DNA of 64,000 nt from Bacteroidota bacterium (GTDB lineage: Bacteria > Bacteroidota > Bacteroidia > Flavobacteriales > Flavobacteriaceae). Position numbers and translations under genes: made by a program. Shown in pieces: positions 9,976 to 19,785 of the stretch. The stretch is taken from assembly GCA_043728355.1 (NCBI GenBank), contig JAYTMQ010000055.1:16937-80936 (forward strand). The letters are read 5' to 3'. The number at the start of each line of letters is the position of its first letter. The stretch's first letter is position 1. The notes beneath the pieces were generated by a model that searched no databases, was not told the origin of the DNA, and saw nothing but the letters and a program-made list of their open reading frames with translations.

Positions 9976-10920
9976 TTAAATTTTAAAAAGTTTCTCGCCC
10001 TTTTTGGATATAAAATATATTGGAACTGAAATAAACAAAATTTTTATAACTTTAAATTTATTTTCTAAGATAAAAAAATTTTTGAACAAAAAACTCAAAA
10101 TATTTTGGAATAATTGCAGATTTTTATTTTTCAAGGTTAATCTTAATGCGAAAAAAATATCTTTCAATAAATGTAATTCGTATTCTTTATTTAACAACTT
10201 TTTTGGCTTTAAAAACTCATAAATATATATCCTTGATTTATAAATAGAGTATGTTTTGGCTATTGAATTTATTTTACCAATTCTTATTTCGTGGCTTCTC
10301 ACTAAAAAAGTGGTTTGTAAATCAATGTTATATTTACATCCATTTATAATTTGAACTATATGAAATAGCCATTCCTCTGAACTTATTAAATCTTCTAAAA
10401 AAGGTTTTTGCATTTTAATCGATGATTTTTTCCAAAAAACCGATCCAATTGCCCATAAAACGTCATTTTTAATCATAGCCAAAATAATATCGTCAGCAAT
10501 TATATTTTTTGCCCAATAACCTTTTAAAATTTCTTGCCTATCAATAAAAATTTCAGCATTGGTTATTGAAATATCAATTTCGTTTGTACTAAAATGTTTT
10601 AAATGAGTTTCTATATGATTTGGCAAAACTATATCATCACTATCAACGAAATTTATAAATTCTCCTTTAGATTTTTCAAAACCAATATTTCTGCAAGCAC
10701 TAACGCCTTTTTGCTTATTAATTGGTCTTTCAAAATATTGAAATCTCGAGTCTTTTTTAATAATATTTTGAATAATTTCTTTGGTATTATCATTTGATCC
10801 ATCATCAATTATTAAACATTCCCAATTTTGGTAACTTTGATTAATGATGCTTTGGAGTGTTTCTAAAATTAAATAAGCTCTGTTAAAAGTAGGAATAATT
10901 ATTGAAACAAGTTGGTTCAT
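9976..10920 (-). CDS. Glycosyltransferase family 2
   Basis: VSIIIPTFNR, IIDDGS.D, FVDSDD. Confidence 0.9.
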   Translation of the reverse strand: MNQLVSIIIPTFNRAYLILETLQSIINQSYQNWECLIIDDGSNDNTKEIIQNIIKKDSRFQYFERPINKQKGVSACRNIGFEKSKGEFINFVDSDDIVLPNHIETHLKHFSTNEIDISITNAEIFIDRQEILKGYWAKNIIADDIILAMIKNDVLWAIGSVFWKKSSIKMQKPFLEDLISSEEWLFHIVQIINGCKYNIDLQTTFLVRSHEIRIGKINSIAKTYSIYKSRIYIYEFLKPKKLLNKEYELHLLKDIFFALRLTLKNKNLQLFQNILSFLFKNFFILENKFKVIKILFISVPIYFISKKGEKLFKI

Positions 10921-10927
10921 TTCTTAT

Positions 10928-11824
10928 TTATTTAAATTTGTTAAAAACACTTTTAGCTATGGATTTATAAAAATTTAACAAACCATAAAAATTAATTATT
11001 TTCAAATATATCATATTTATCCTTAAAAAAATATTTATATTTTTTTTGTTATTGATAAATCTTGTGTCCAATTTATCAAAAATGATTTTCATTTGCGAAC
11101 TTGAAAATTCATTAATTCTATTTAAAATTAAATATTCATAAAATTGGAAAGTAGCACTTTCCTTTAAATCAATATTTGTTTTTTGACCAGAAATACTTTC
11201 ATTACTTATTCTTATTTTCAAAAAAGCTTCATTGATTGAAAAAACATTACCAAAATCAGAAAATTCTAAAACTGCTAAAACATCTGAATACCAAGCTAGT
11301 GGAAAATTTTTAAATTTTATTTCTTCAACAACCTTTGAATTAAATATATATTCACTTAATGAGCTTCTTGATTTTCGGAATAAGAAATCTGAAGATTTTT
11401 CTATATTTGGATGGTCGTAAATTTCGGAAATATTCTCGCCAAATTCATTAATTCTATAAGATGCAAATCTTATTACATTTATATTTTTATTTAAAATATT
11501 ATTAAGGTTTTTATAAAAACTCTCAACAACATTTTCTGACAAAACATCATCGTCGCCCAAAATCATTGACCAAGCCTCATTTTTAGTCATTGTCAAACAC
11601 CTGTGCCATTGTTTTACTAGCGAAATGCTTCCTAAATTAGATTCAAATTTTTGATATTCAAAATCAAATTTTCCATTGTATTTGATTAATAATTCTCTAG
11701 GATTTTCATGACTTGCATCGTTGCCAATGTAAACTTTAAATCGCTTATCAGTTTGAATCGCAATTGATTTTAAAGTTTCTTCAAAGTACTTTAATTTATA
11801 AAATGGAATAATTATAGCAAGCAT
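10928..11824 (-). CDS. Glycosyltransferase family 2
   Basis: IIIPFYK, GNDAS, ILGDDD. Confidence 0.85.
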   Translation of the reverse strand: MLAIIIPFYKLKYFEETLKSIAIQTDKRFKVYIGNDASHENPRELLIKYNGKFDFEYQKFESNLGSISLVKQWHRCLTMTKNEAWSMILGDDDVLSENVVESFYKNLNNILNKNINVIRFASYRINEFGENISEIYDHPNIEKSSDFLFRKSRSSLSEYIFNSKVVEEIKFKNFPLAWYSDVLAVLEFSDFGNVFSINEAFLKIRISNESISGQKTNIDLKESATFQFYEYLILNRINEFSSSQMKIIFDKLDTRFINNKKNINIFLRINMIYLKIINFYGLLNFYKSIAKSVFNKFK

Positions 11825-12878
11825 TTTGAATTATTTGAATTATTTTTTTTGTAAAATTAATACTTTTTAACTTTAATGCATTTTTTTCAATTAAATGCCA
11901 TGAAAAATAGGCAAAAACTATAGATATTGTTATTGATAATAACATTAATTGAATTGGGTTACAATTAAAATAATACATTATTGTTTGCTGTATTGGAAAA
12001 CCATATATATAAATTCCATAGGATAAATCGCCTATTTTTTCTGAAATGTTATTAATATATTTAGTAGATTGTAATCCGAAACCAATAATAATTATTGAAA
12101 AAGTTAAAACTCTAATTAAAAATACATCTTTTAAAAATAATTCGCTTAAAATTAAGATTATTATTGAGATGAAAACCAACATTCTATGGTGTTTGAATTC
12201 GCTAAAATTAAAGAGTGCTAAAATAGTTCCAGCCAAAAAAAATGCTCCAAGTTCATATAAATATTTAGATTCTAATTGATAAAAATTAAATGCGAAATTT
12301 GATTTAAAAAAACAAAAATTCATAGTAAATAAAACAAAAATTAAAATAGTTAAGATTTTAAGAACCATTTTATTTGATTTTACAAAAAACAATATTGAAA
12401 GTAAAATATACATTGTAAATTCATAACAAATTGTCCAAAGTGAACCATTGATTGCTGAACCGTATATATTTTTATCGAAAACACCTTGAATGCTATATTG
12501 CAATCTGTATAACATTATATTTTTAAAAAAATAAGAATATACTTGTTTGTTTTGGAGATATTTTATTGGACTTTCATATATAATTGGAGCTAAGAGCAAT
12601 GTTAAAAACAATAGAAATATAAGTGCTGGAAATAATCTTAAAAATCTTTTCCAATAAAAATCAATTAAACTTTTGCTCCTTATTAAACTTTGAAAAATAA
12701 GATAACCACTTATTATAAAAAAACCTTTTACCCCTATATAAGAAAATGAAAAATGACCATTAGTTAATTGAGATAAAATATCATTTTCTTCAAATCCTGA
12801 TAATGGATATGAATGTGTTATTAATACAAAAATCGCAAAAATCAATCGTAAAAAATCGAAATTGTTTTTAAAATTCAT
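11796..12878 (-). CDS. Membrane O-acyltransferase (acyltransferase family 3, OafA-like)
   Basis: FDFLRL, FFIISGYLI, KRFLRLFP, SLWTICYE, LSYGIYIY, SWHLIEK; multiple TM helices. Confidence 0.9.
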   Translation of the reverse strand: MNFKNNFDFLRLIFAIFVLITHSYPLSGFEENDILSQLTNGHFSFSYIGVKGFFIISGYLIFQSLIRSKSLIDFYWKRFLRLFPALIFLLFLTLLLAPIIYESPIKYLQNKQVYSYFFKNIMLYRLQYSIQGVFDKNIYGSAINGSLWTICYEFTMYILLSILFFVKSNKMVLKILTILIFVLFTMNFCFFKSNFAFNFYQLESKYLYELGAFFLAGTILALFNFSEFKHHRMLVFISIIILILSELFLKDVFLIRVLTFSIIIIGFGLQSTKYINNISEKIGDLSYGIYIYGFPIQQTIMYYFNCNPIQLMLLSITISIVFAYFSWHLIEKNALKLKSINFTKKIIQIIQNACYNYSIL

Positions 12879-13792
12879 TTTATAAATCTATTATATATTT
12901 TCATAAAAATTAAGTTTGGCTTTGTCTTGTTTTCAAGCAAAAAATTTAAGCATCTAAAAAACAAATGATTAGAAACAAAACTGTTTTTGAACTGATTATT
13001 TAAGTTATTTTCAAAAGAAGAAATCGCATTAGAATGTCTTTCGAAAATTATTTTTTTTATTTTTTCATCGTTAAAATAACTTATTAAACAAGTAAGTAGT
13101 TTTAAATTAGTTCGAGCAAGATGCAGGCTGCTTTTAGCAGAGAAAACTCCTACTCCATATCGATAAACACACATATTTTCTTTAAGATATTTTATTTTTC
13201 CATGTTGTGCCAACAGCAAATATAGAAAGAAATCACCTATTGGAGTTTGCTCAAATTCAAATGGAAATTCTTTAATAATATTTCTAAATACTACAGATGG
13301 AGTGTGAATGTAATTACCAAATTGAGCAAGTGTTTCGATGTTTTCATGATTTTCTGGCACTTTTGTTATAAAATCTTCTTTAATATTTCCATCTAAATCA
13401 AGAATTTTTACTTTATGGAAAATTAAAACATAATCCAGATTTCTTTCCAAAAAATCGACTTGTTTCTGCAATTTTAATTTATCTATCCAATAATCGTCAC
13501 CTTCGCAAAGCGCAATATATTTACCAGTTGCATTTTTTAAAGCAAAAATAAAATTGGGCATCATTCCCAAATTTTTTTCATGGTTAAAATATTTTATCCA
13601 ATTGGCTTTTGGATGTGTCTTTAAAATATCTTGAATTACAATATCTGTTTTATCTGGCGAACAATCGTTAGCAAGTATTAATTCTATTTCGAAATCGCAT
13701 TCTTGCATAAAAACACCTTCTATAGCCTGTCGAATGTAGTTTTCGTGACCATAAGTTATCATTACAACGCTTACAATTGGTTTTATTTGCAT
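12875..13792 (-). CDS. Glycosyltransferase family 2
   Basis: VSVVMITYGHE, NDCSPD, IALCEGDDYW, KLQKQV. Start taken at MQIKP. Confidence 0.9.
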   Translation of the reverse strand: MQIKPIVSVVMITYGHENYIRQAIEGVFMQECDFEIELILANDCSPDKTDIVIQDILKTHPKANWIKYFNHEKNLGMMPNFIFALKNATGKYIALCEGDDYWIDKLKLQKQVDFLERNLDYVLIFHKVKILDLDGNIKEDFITKVPENHENIETLAQFGNYIHTPSVVFRNIIKEFPFEFEQTPIGDFFLYLLLAQHGKIKYLKENMCVYRYGVGVFSAKSSLHLARTNLKLLTCLISYFNDEKIKKIIFERHSNAISSFENNLNNQFKNSFVSNHLFFRCLNFLLENKTKPNLIFMKIYNRFIK

Positions 13793-13794
13793 TA

Positions 13795-14442
13795 TTAGAA
13801 TTCTAGTTTTGGCAATTCTTTTTTGATTAAAGCTGGAGTTCCAACAACCAAACAATTGTCAGGAACATCTTTTGTTACTACTGATCCTGCACCTACAATG
13901 ACATTTTTACCGATTGTTACATCTGGCAAAATTGTACTATTTGATCCTATTTGCGAAAAAGAACCAATTTTAGATCTACCTAAAATTATTGCTTGTGGTG
14001 ATATTTCTACAAAATCTCCAATAATGCAATCATGGGTTATTATTGAGTTGTAATAAACTATACCGCCTTTTCCGATTGTTGTGCTATTAGAAAAAATTGC
14101 TCCTTTTAATATGTTTGTTCCTTGACCAATATTTACATCATAATTTCCTAAAAAGGCAGTTTTACTGATTGTTGATGTTAAAATTCCTCCTAATAATGTA
14201 AATTTATCACTCATTATTTTTCTCAAAACTGGGTTTCCAATGCCAATTGTAAACTTATTATCGACTTCTTGAAAATATTTTTGTGCTTGTTCAATATTTC
14301 TCAATACTGGAAATTTATTGAATAAAACCTCAGGAATGTCATTATTTACATCATCATAAAAAACTAAATTTTTTGTTTGATCTAATTGATGTAGCACTTC
14401 TAAAACTTCTTTTGCAAATCCTTTGGCACCAACTATTAACAT
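13795..14442 (-). CDS. NeuD/PglD/VioB-family hexapeptide-repeat sugar N/O-acetyltransferase
   Basis: MLIVGAKGFAKE, GIGNP, HDC, left-handed beta-helix repeats, GAGSVVTKDVP. Confidence 0.85.
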   Translation of the reverse strand: MLIVGAKGFAKEVLEVLHQLDQTKNLVFYDDVNNDIPEVLFNKFPVLRNIEQAQKYFQEVDNKFTIGIGNPVLRKIMSDKFTLLGGILTSTISKTAFLGNYDVNIGQGTNILKGAIFSNSTTIGKGGIVYYNSIITHDCIIGDFVEISPQAIILGRSKIGSFSQIGSNSTILPDVTIGKNVIVGAGSVVTKDVPDNCLVVGTPALIKKELPKLEF

Positions 14443-15512
14443 ATTGCTTGATTGATTATTGAAACAATTTTTTCTAATTCTGATTTTTTTAAACCAACAT
14501 ATAAAGGTAAACATAAAATTCTCGATGCAATACTTTCTGAAATTGGCATTTTTTGACCAAATGTATAATCTATTGTATTTAATGAAGGATAAAAATAGCG
14601 TCTCGGAAAAATTTGGTTTTGATTTAATATTTCTTGAACCTTCAATAATATTTCTTCCGATTCTAAAATTATTGGATAATAACTATAATTCCAATTGGTG
14701 TTTTCTCTTATTTTGATGCTTTTTAATTTAGAAAAATCTAAATTTTTATTATAAAACTCAACAACTTTTTTTCTTTCGGTTATTATTAATTTCATGCTTG
14801 GCAAAACAGATAAACCCATAGCTGCTTGCAATTCGGATATCTTAGCATTAATTCCTAATCCATGAAAAGCAAGTGGCCCGTTATGACCAAAATTGTGGCT
14901 GTAAAAAAGTTGGTGTTGTAATTCTGGATTTTTCGCAAACATTGCACCGCCTTCGCCTGTGTGAAATAATTTGGTTGCATGAAAACTGCAAGTGCTTATA
15001 TCTCCATATTCAAAAATTGATTTTTCGTTATAAGTCACTCCAAACGAATGTGCTGCATCATAAATAACTTTAAGATTATGTTTTTTTGCTATAAGTTCAA
15101 TAACCTCAACATTACAAGGATTTCCAAAAACGTGTGTTGCTAAAATTGCAGTTGTTTTGTTGGTTATTGCAGCTTCGATTTTTGTTTCGTCGATTGTTAA
15201 ATATTCTGGATGAATATCTACAAAAATAGGTGTGCAATGTTCCCAAACAATTGATGATGTTGTTGCTACATAACTGAATGGTGTTGTAATTATTTCGCCT
15301 TGTTTGCCTAACAATTTCAATGCAATTTGAATTGGAATTGTGCCGTTATTGGTTATTAATATGTGATTTACATTTAGATATTTTTTTAATTTAGATTCTA
15401 ATTCTAGCAATAATTCGCCACGATTTGTGAGCCATTGGTTGTCCCAAATTCTCTTGATTTGTTTATGGTATTCCTCAATTTCAGGAAAAAATGTTTTGGT
15501 TACGTTAATCAT
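14436..15512 (-). CDS. DegT/DnrJ/EryC1/StrS aminotransferase, VioA-like (dTDP-4-amino-4,6-dideoxyglucose)
   Basis: MINVTK, LTN.G, THVFGNPC, YDAAH, SFHATKLFHTGEGG, RRYFYP. Confidence 0.85.
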   Translation of the reverse strand: MINVTKTFFPEIEEYHKQIKRIWDNQWLTNRGELLLELESKLKKYLNVNHILITNNGTIPIQIALKLLGKQGEIITTPFSYVATTSSIVWEHCTPIFVDIHPEYLTIDETKIEAAITNKTTAILATHVFGNPCNVEVIELIAKKHNLKVIYDAAHSFGVTYNEKSIFEYGDISTCSFHATKLFHTGEGGAMFAKNPELQHQLFYSHNFGHNGPLAFHGLGINAKISELQAAMGLSVLPSMKLIITERKKVVEFYNKNLDFSKLKSIKIRENTNWNYSYYPIILESEEILLKVQEILNQNQIFPRRYFYPSLNTIDYTFGQKMPISESIASRILCLPLYVGLKKSELEKIVSIINQAIC

Positions 15513-16735
15513 TTACTATTGATAATTTCATTTTCTAACAACTCTATTCTAGGTTTCATTTGCATTTGGTTAGAATAAACCTCAACAAATTTTAATCTTC
15601 CATTTTCTGATATATTATATAATTTTTCAGGATTATTTATCAAATTTAAGATTTCTATTTCGATTTTATTGGCATTATTTTCAATTATAACAATTTCTTT
15701 ATAATTATCAAATATATTATTCTGGTTTAATTGATCTGACAACAATGCAGCAACTCCGTTTAAAACAGCTTCTACAACTGTACCAAGTGGAAAACCATCA
15801 AAAGCTCCTTTTTTAAGGTAAAATGGTTTGTTTGGCGAAACTATTATGTCTATACTTTTAAAAATTTGATTGAGATTGTCAAAATTCTTATAACCATAAA
15901 ATTTTATATTATTATTTAAATTTGAAACATCAATATCGTTTTGATCAAATCCGCCAATTACATGAAATCTTACAAAATCAAATTTCTGGTTTAACAAATG
16001 AGCTAATTCTATAAAAACATCGTACCCTTTATCTATTCCTTTAGGCATGTATTTGGCTGCGCAAAAACAAATGTCTAATGTTGGTTTATTAATTAAATAG
16101 CTTAGCTTTTTAGATAAATCTTTTTTTAATGAAACTTGCGGTACTACTCCACCAAAGATAAAATTTATTTTATCTGATGTACAAAATTTATTTTTAATTA
16201 AATAATCAAAAGTAAATTGTTGGGTTACAATCACTTTTCTAAATTGTGGTGATTCTAATACCTTTTTTAATTTGAAATTGCATGCTTCATCATCTACCTG
16301 AAAACCTCCACCTGGATATAATGTAAAAACAAAAGGTATTTTATGTTTTTCTAACCAAATTATGTTGTTGTAAATGTTGTTTATAAAAATGCAATAAAAA
16401 AGTTTGGTATTGATGTTTATAAATCTGGATTTTTTAAATAATTTGTTTTTTAAATCTGGAAATTTAATTTTAAAATTTTCAATATCTTCTTTAAATTGGG
16501 TTTCAGGAGAATTTACAATTCTATATGCTGCACCAGTTGATATGATTTTTGATTTTTCGAAATGTAATAAAAGTTGTGAATATTCTTCTTGTCGAAATCC
16601 AGAAATTGGATTTGGGAAAATATCATCAAAAATTAATAAGTCATTTTTTTTTATACCTTTAAAAAAATAAACTTTTGTTTTTAATAAATAATTAAATATT
16701 TTTGATGTGTTTTTATTTAAAAGTTTATGAATCAT
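15509..16735 (-). CDS. Glycosyltransferase (GT4-like, GT-B)
   Basis: KGYD, FDGFPLGTVVEA. Confidence 0.75.
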   Translation of the reverse strand: MIHKLLNKNTSKIFNYLLKTKVYFFKGIKKNDLLIFDDIFPNPISGFRQEEYSQLLLHFEKSKIISTGAAYRIVNSPETQFKEDIENFKIKFPDLKNKLFKKSRFININTKLFYCIFINNIYNNIIWLEKHKIPFVFTLYPGGGFQVDDEACNFKLKKVLESPQFRKVIVTQQFTFDYLIKNKFCTSDKINFIFGGVVPQVSLKKDLSKKLSYLINKPTLDICFCAAKYMPKGIDKGYDVFIELAHLLNQKFDFVRFHVIGGFDQNDIDVSNLNNNIKFYGYKNFDNLNQIFKSIDIIVSPNKPFYLKKGAFDGFPLGTVVEAVLNGVAALLSDQLNQNNIFDNYKEIVIIENNANKIEIEILNLINNPEKLYNISENGRLKFVEVYSNQMQMKPRIELLENEIINSK

Positions 16736-18002
16736 AATCTTTGATTAGGTTATTGCTCCAATCGAAATAGGGTCTCATTGCACCGTTCCAGTTTCCGAAA
16801 TAATCGCCTCTTTTGCTTCCTAATTCATTAAACTCGATAGAAACAATTTTGTCTAATTGTGCTAATAATTGAAAATTGTTACCTACTAATAACACTGTAA
16901 AAAAATATTTTCCGGTATTAAAAGTATTTTTATCAAGTTTGCAAATACTTTTATAAATTCCTTTTTTCAAAGGTTTTCTGTCTAAATTTGGAGTCGCAAT
17001 CAAATAGGTGTCGTTGCTGTCATAAATAGAAACTGAAATATTTAGAAAATTATTGTCTTGAAAATTTTCAAAAACAACTTCTAGAAACATATCATTTTCT
17101 ATAAAATTATTATTGTCGGTCGAAAATATTTTTATTGACTTAATTTTTGCGCTCTCGTTTCCTGGACAATTATTTTTATCCCAAACTTTTGATGATTCGA
17201 TTTCAGAAAAGCTATCATTATATAAATTAATTACATCATCAATATTGCCTGAATGTTTAATCATTCCATTTTCTAAAACAATTCCTGTATTGCATAATGA
17301 TTTGACAGCCGTCATATTGTGACTTACAAAAAGTACTGTTCTGCCTTCGCCTTTAGAAATATCTCCCATTTTGCCAAGACATTTTTTCTGAAATTCGGCG
17401 TCACCAACTGCTAAAACCTCATCTACAATTAATATTTCTGACTCTAAGTGTGCTGCTACTGCAAATGCTAACCTTACGTACATTCCTGAAGAATAGCGTT
17501 TTACAGGCGTGTCTATATAACGTTCTACACCCGAAAAATCTATAATTTCGTCTAGTTTTCGGGAAATTTCTTTTTTGCGCATTCCTAGTATTGCTCCGTT
17601 CAAAAAAATGTTTTCTCGTCCTGACAATTCTGGATGAAAACCAGTACCAACTTCAAGCAAACTGGCTATTCGTCCTTTTACTTTAATAGAACCAGTGGTT
17701 GGACTAGTTACTCTCGATAATAATTTTAGTAGAGTACTTTTTCCAGCACCGTTTTTGCCAATTATTCCGACTGCATTACCCTGATTGATTTCGAAATTTA
17801 TATCTTTTAACGACCAAACTATATCACTTGTGCCTTTAGTCGCTCTGTCATTAGCTTCGCCAATTCTTAAAAACGGGTCTTCTTTTCCCATTATTTTAGT
17901 TGCCCAAAAACGTTCTAAATCTCTCGAAATTGTTCCTGTACCAATTTGACCAATTTGGTATGCTTTTGATAAATCGTCAACTTTTATAATAATAGTATTC
18001 AT
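16725..18002 (-). CDS. wzt: Polysaccharide ABC transporter ATP-binding protein with C-terminal carbohydrate-binding domain (Wzt_C)
   Basis: GKNGAGKST, YSSGMYVRLAFAVA, IVDEVLAVGD, VSH, plus a C-terminal extension of about 170 aa. Confidence 0.93.
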   Translation of the reverse strand: MNTIIIKVDDLSKAYQIGQIGTGTISRDLERFWATKIMGKEDPFLRIGEANDRATKGTSDIVWSLKDINFEINQGNAVGIIGKNGAGKSTLLKLLSRVTSPTTGSIKVKGRIASLLEVGTGFHPELSGRENIFLNGAILGMRKKEISRKLDEIIDFSGVERYIDTPVKRYSSGMYVRLAFAVAAHLESEILIVDEVLAVGDAEFQKKCLGKMGDISKGEGRTVLFVSHNMTAVKSLCNTGIVLENGMIKHSGNIDDVINLYNDSFSEIESSKVWDKNNCPGNESAKIKSIKIFSTDNNNFIENDMFLEVVFENFQDNNFLNISVSIYDSNDTYLIATPNLDRKPLKKGIYKSICKLDKNTFNTGKYFFTVLLVGNNFQLLAQLDKIVSIEFNELGSKRGDYFGNWNGAMRPYFDWSNNLIKDYDS

Positions 18003-18003
18003 T

Positions 18004-18879
18004 TTATATGGTATCTACGAAATTTTTCTCGGTTTTGTTAAAAATTATTATTCCAAAAAACAAAATTATTATTGTAACAATTGCAGAATACAAAATACTA
18101 GAAAACGAAAATTCGCCTTTGCCCAAAAATGCATGTCTAAATGCTTCGATAATTCCAGTCATTGGGTTGAGTTCGATGAATTTAGCCATTGCTGGAAATT
18201 TTAATTTAGCTTCGCTTAATGGATAAATTACTGTCGTTCCATACATTAATAATTGTACACCAAAAGTTACAAGAAAAGTTAAATCTTTATATTTTGTTGT
18301 AACAGCTGTAATAATTAATCCTAGTCCTAATCCTAACAATGCCATTAAAATAATTAGTATTGGCAATATAAAAATTGCATTTGTAACTTGAAAATCTGTT
18401 CCTGCTATTGGAAAAAAATAGTAATAGCACATCATAAAAATTAGCAGCAATAATTGTACGCCAAACCTTACTAGATTGCTGACAACTATGCTTAGTGGCA
18501 TAATCAATCTAGGGAAATATACTTTGCCAAAAATATTGGCATTGTCTTTAAAAACGGTACTTGTTTTGGTTAAACAATCCGAAAAATAATTCCAAGATGT
18601 GATGCCTGTCAAATAAAAAAGTTGTTGTGGTAAACCGTCTGTACTTATTCCGGCAAGTTTACCGAAAACGAAAGTAAATACTATTGTTGTAAAAATTGGT
18701 TGAATAAAAAACCAAATTGGACCAAGTATTGTTTGTTTGTAAAAACTTACAAAATCACGTTTTACAAACATCAATAGCAAGTCTCGATACCGCCATAAAT
18801 CTCTAAATTTGAGGTCAAATAATGATGTATGACCTTTTATAATCAAATCCCAATCTTCGGATTGTTCAGTAGTATTCAT
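18004..18879 (-). CDS. wzm: Polysaccharide ABC transporter permease
   Basis: RD...YKQTILG..W...QP, KVYFPRL, YKD, NP; six TM segments; adjacent to wzt. Confidence 0.93.
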   Translation of the reverse strand: MNTTEQSEDWDLIIKGHTSLFDLKFRDLWRYRDLLLMFVKRDFVSFYKQTILGPIWFFIQPIFTTIVFTFVFGKLAGISTDGLPQQLFYLTGITSWNYFSDCLTKTSTVFKDNANIFGKVYFPRLIMPLSIVVSNLVRFGVQLLLLIFMMCYYYFFPIAGTDFQVTNAIFILPILIILMALLGLGLGLIITAVTTKYKDLTFLVTFGVQLLMYGTTVIYPLSEAKLKFPAMAKFIELNPMTGIIEAFRHAFLGKGEFSFSSILYSAIVTIIILFFGIIIFNKTEKNFVDTI

Positions 18880-18915
18880 TTATATAAAATTAACTAGAAA
18901 ATTGCAAATAAAAAA

Positions 18916-18923
18916 CAAATATA
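18916..18923 (-). promoter_or_regulatory. Bacteroidota -7 promoter element (TATATTTG) for the wzm operon
   Basis: Matches TAnnTTTG 36 bp upstream of the wzm ATG. Confidence 0.55.
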
Positions 18924-18959
18924 ATAGTTTTTAGACGTTTTAAATTTTAAATTTATAAC

Positions 18960-18967
18960 TAAATTTG
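18960..18967 (+). promoter_or_regulatory. Bacteroidota -7 element (TAAATTTG) for the divergent PHP phosphatase gene
   Basis: TAnnTTTG match upstream of 19048. Confidence 0.45.
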
Positions 18968-19047
18968 TACTTAAACTCAGATTAAGTAGTAGTAATCTAT
19001 AACAAACGAATTCTTAATCGTAGTCTGGGTTAATTTAAAAAATTCAA

Positions 19048-19785
19048 ATGTTTTCATTTTTAAATAGCAAACCTGGATTAAAAGATTTAATTCCAGATAA
19101 TTATATCGATATCCACTCACACTTGTTGCCGGGAATTGACGATGGCTCTAAAAATCTAGACGAAACTATTAATTTAGTTTCGCAAATGATTAGTATGGGA
19201 TTTAGTCAATTTACTACAACGCCACACGTAATTAAAAATGTTTGGAATAACTCTAAAAATGATATTCAAGATTTAGAAAAAAAAACAATTCTAGATTTAA
19301 AGAAAATTAATATTGATAATTCGTTTTGTGCTGCTGCAGAATATATGATGGACGTTGATTTTGTAAATTTATTTAATTCAGAAAAATTATTGACACTTAA
19401 AAACAATTATGTTTTAGTTGAAATGTCATATCTTAATCCGCCAATACAGTTATTCGATATAATTTTTGATTTGCAAATTGCAGGATATATTCCAGTTTTG
19501 GCTCATCCAGAAAGATATTCTTTTTATCATAACACCTTTGATGTTTATGATAAACTAAAAAAAGCTGGTTGTTTGTTTCAATTAAACCTTCTTTCGACAG
19601 TTGGATATTACGGTCCAGAAGTTGCAAAAATTGCTGATGTATTATTAGGAAAAAATTTAATGGATTTTGTTGGTTCAGACATTCATCATCAAAATCATAT
19701 TAATAGTTTTCAAAATAAAATAAAAATAAAAAACACAAATGCTTTATCAGAAGCAATCGAAAAAAATCAATTTTTTAGGATTTAA
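19048..19785 (+). CDS. CpsB/CapC-family PHP tyrosine phosphatase (capsule regulation)
   Basis: DIHSHLLPGIDDG, TTPH, AAEY, LAHPERY, GSDIHH. Confidence 0.92.
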   Translation: MFSFLNSKPGLKDLIPDNYIDIHSHLLPGIDDGSKNLDETINLVSQMISMGFSQFTTTPHVIKNVWNNSKNDIQDLEKKTILDLKKINIDNSFCAAAEYMMDVDFVNLFNSEKLLTLKNNYVLVEMSYLNPPIQLFDIIFDLQIAGYIPVLAHPERYSFYHNTFDVYDKLKKAGCLFQLNLLSTVGYYGPEVAKIADVLLGKNLMDFVGSDIHHQNHINSFQNKIKIKNTNALSEAIEKNQFFRI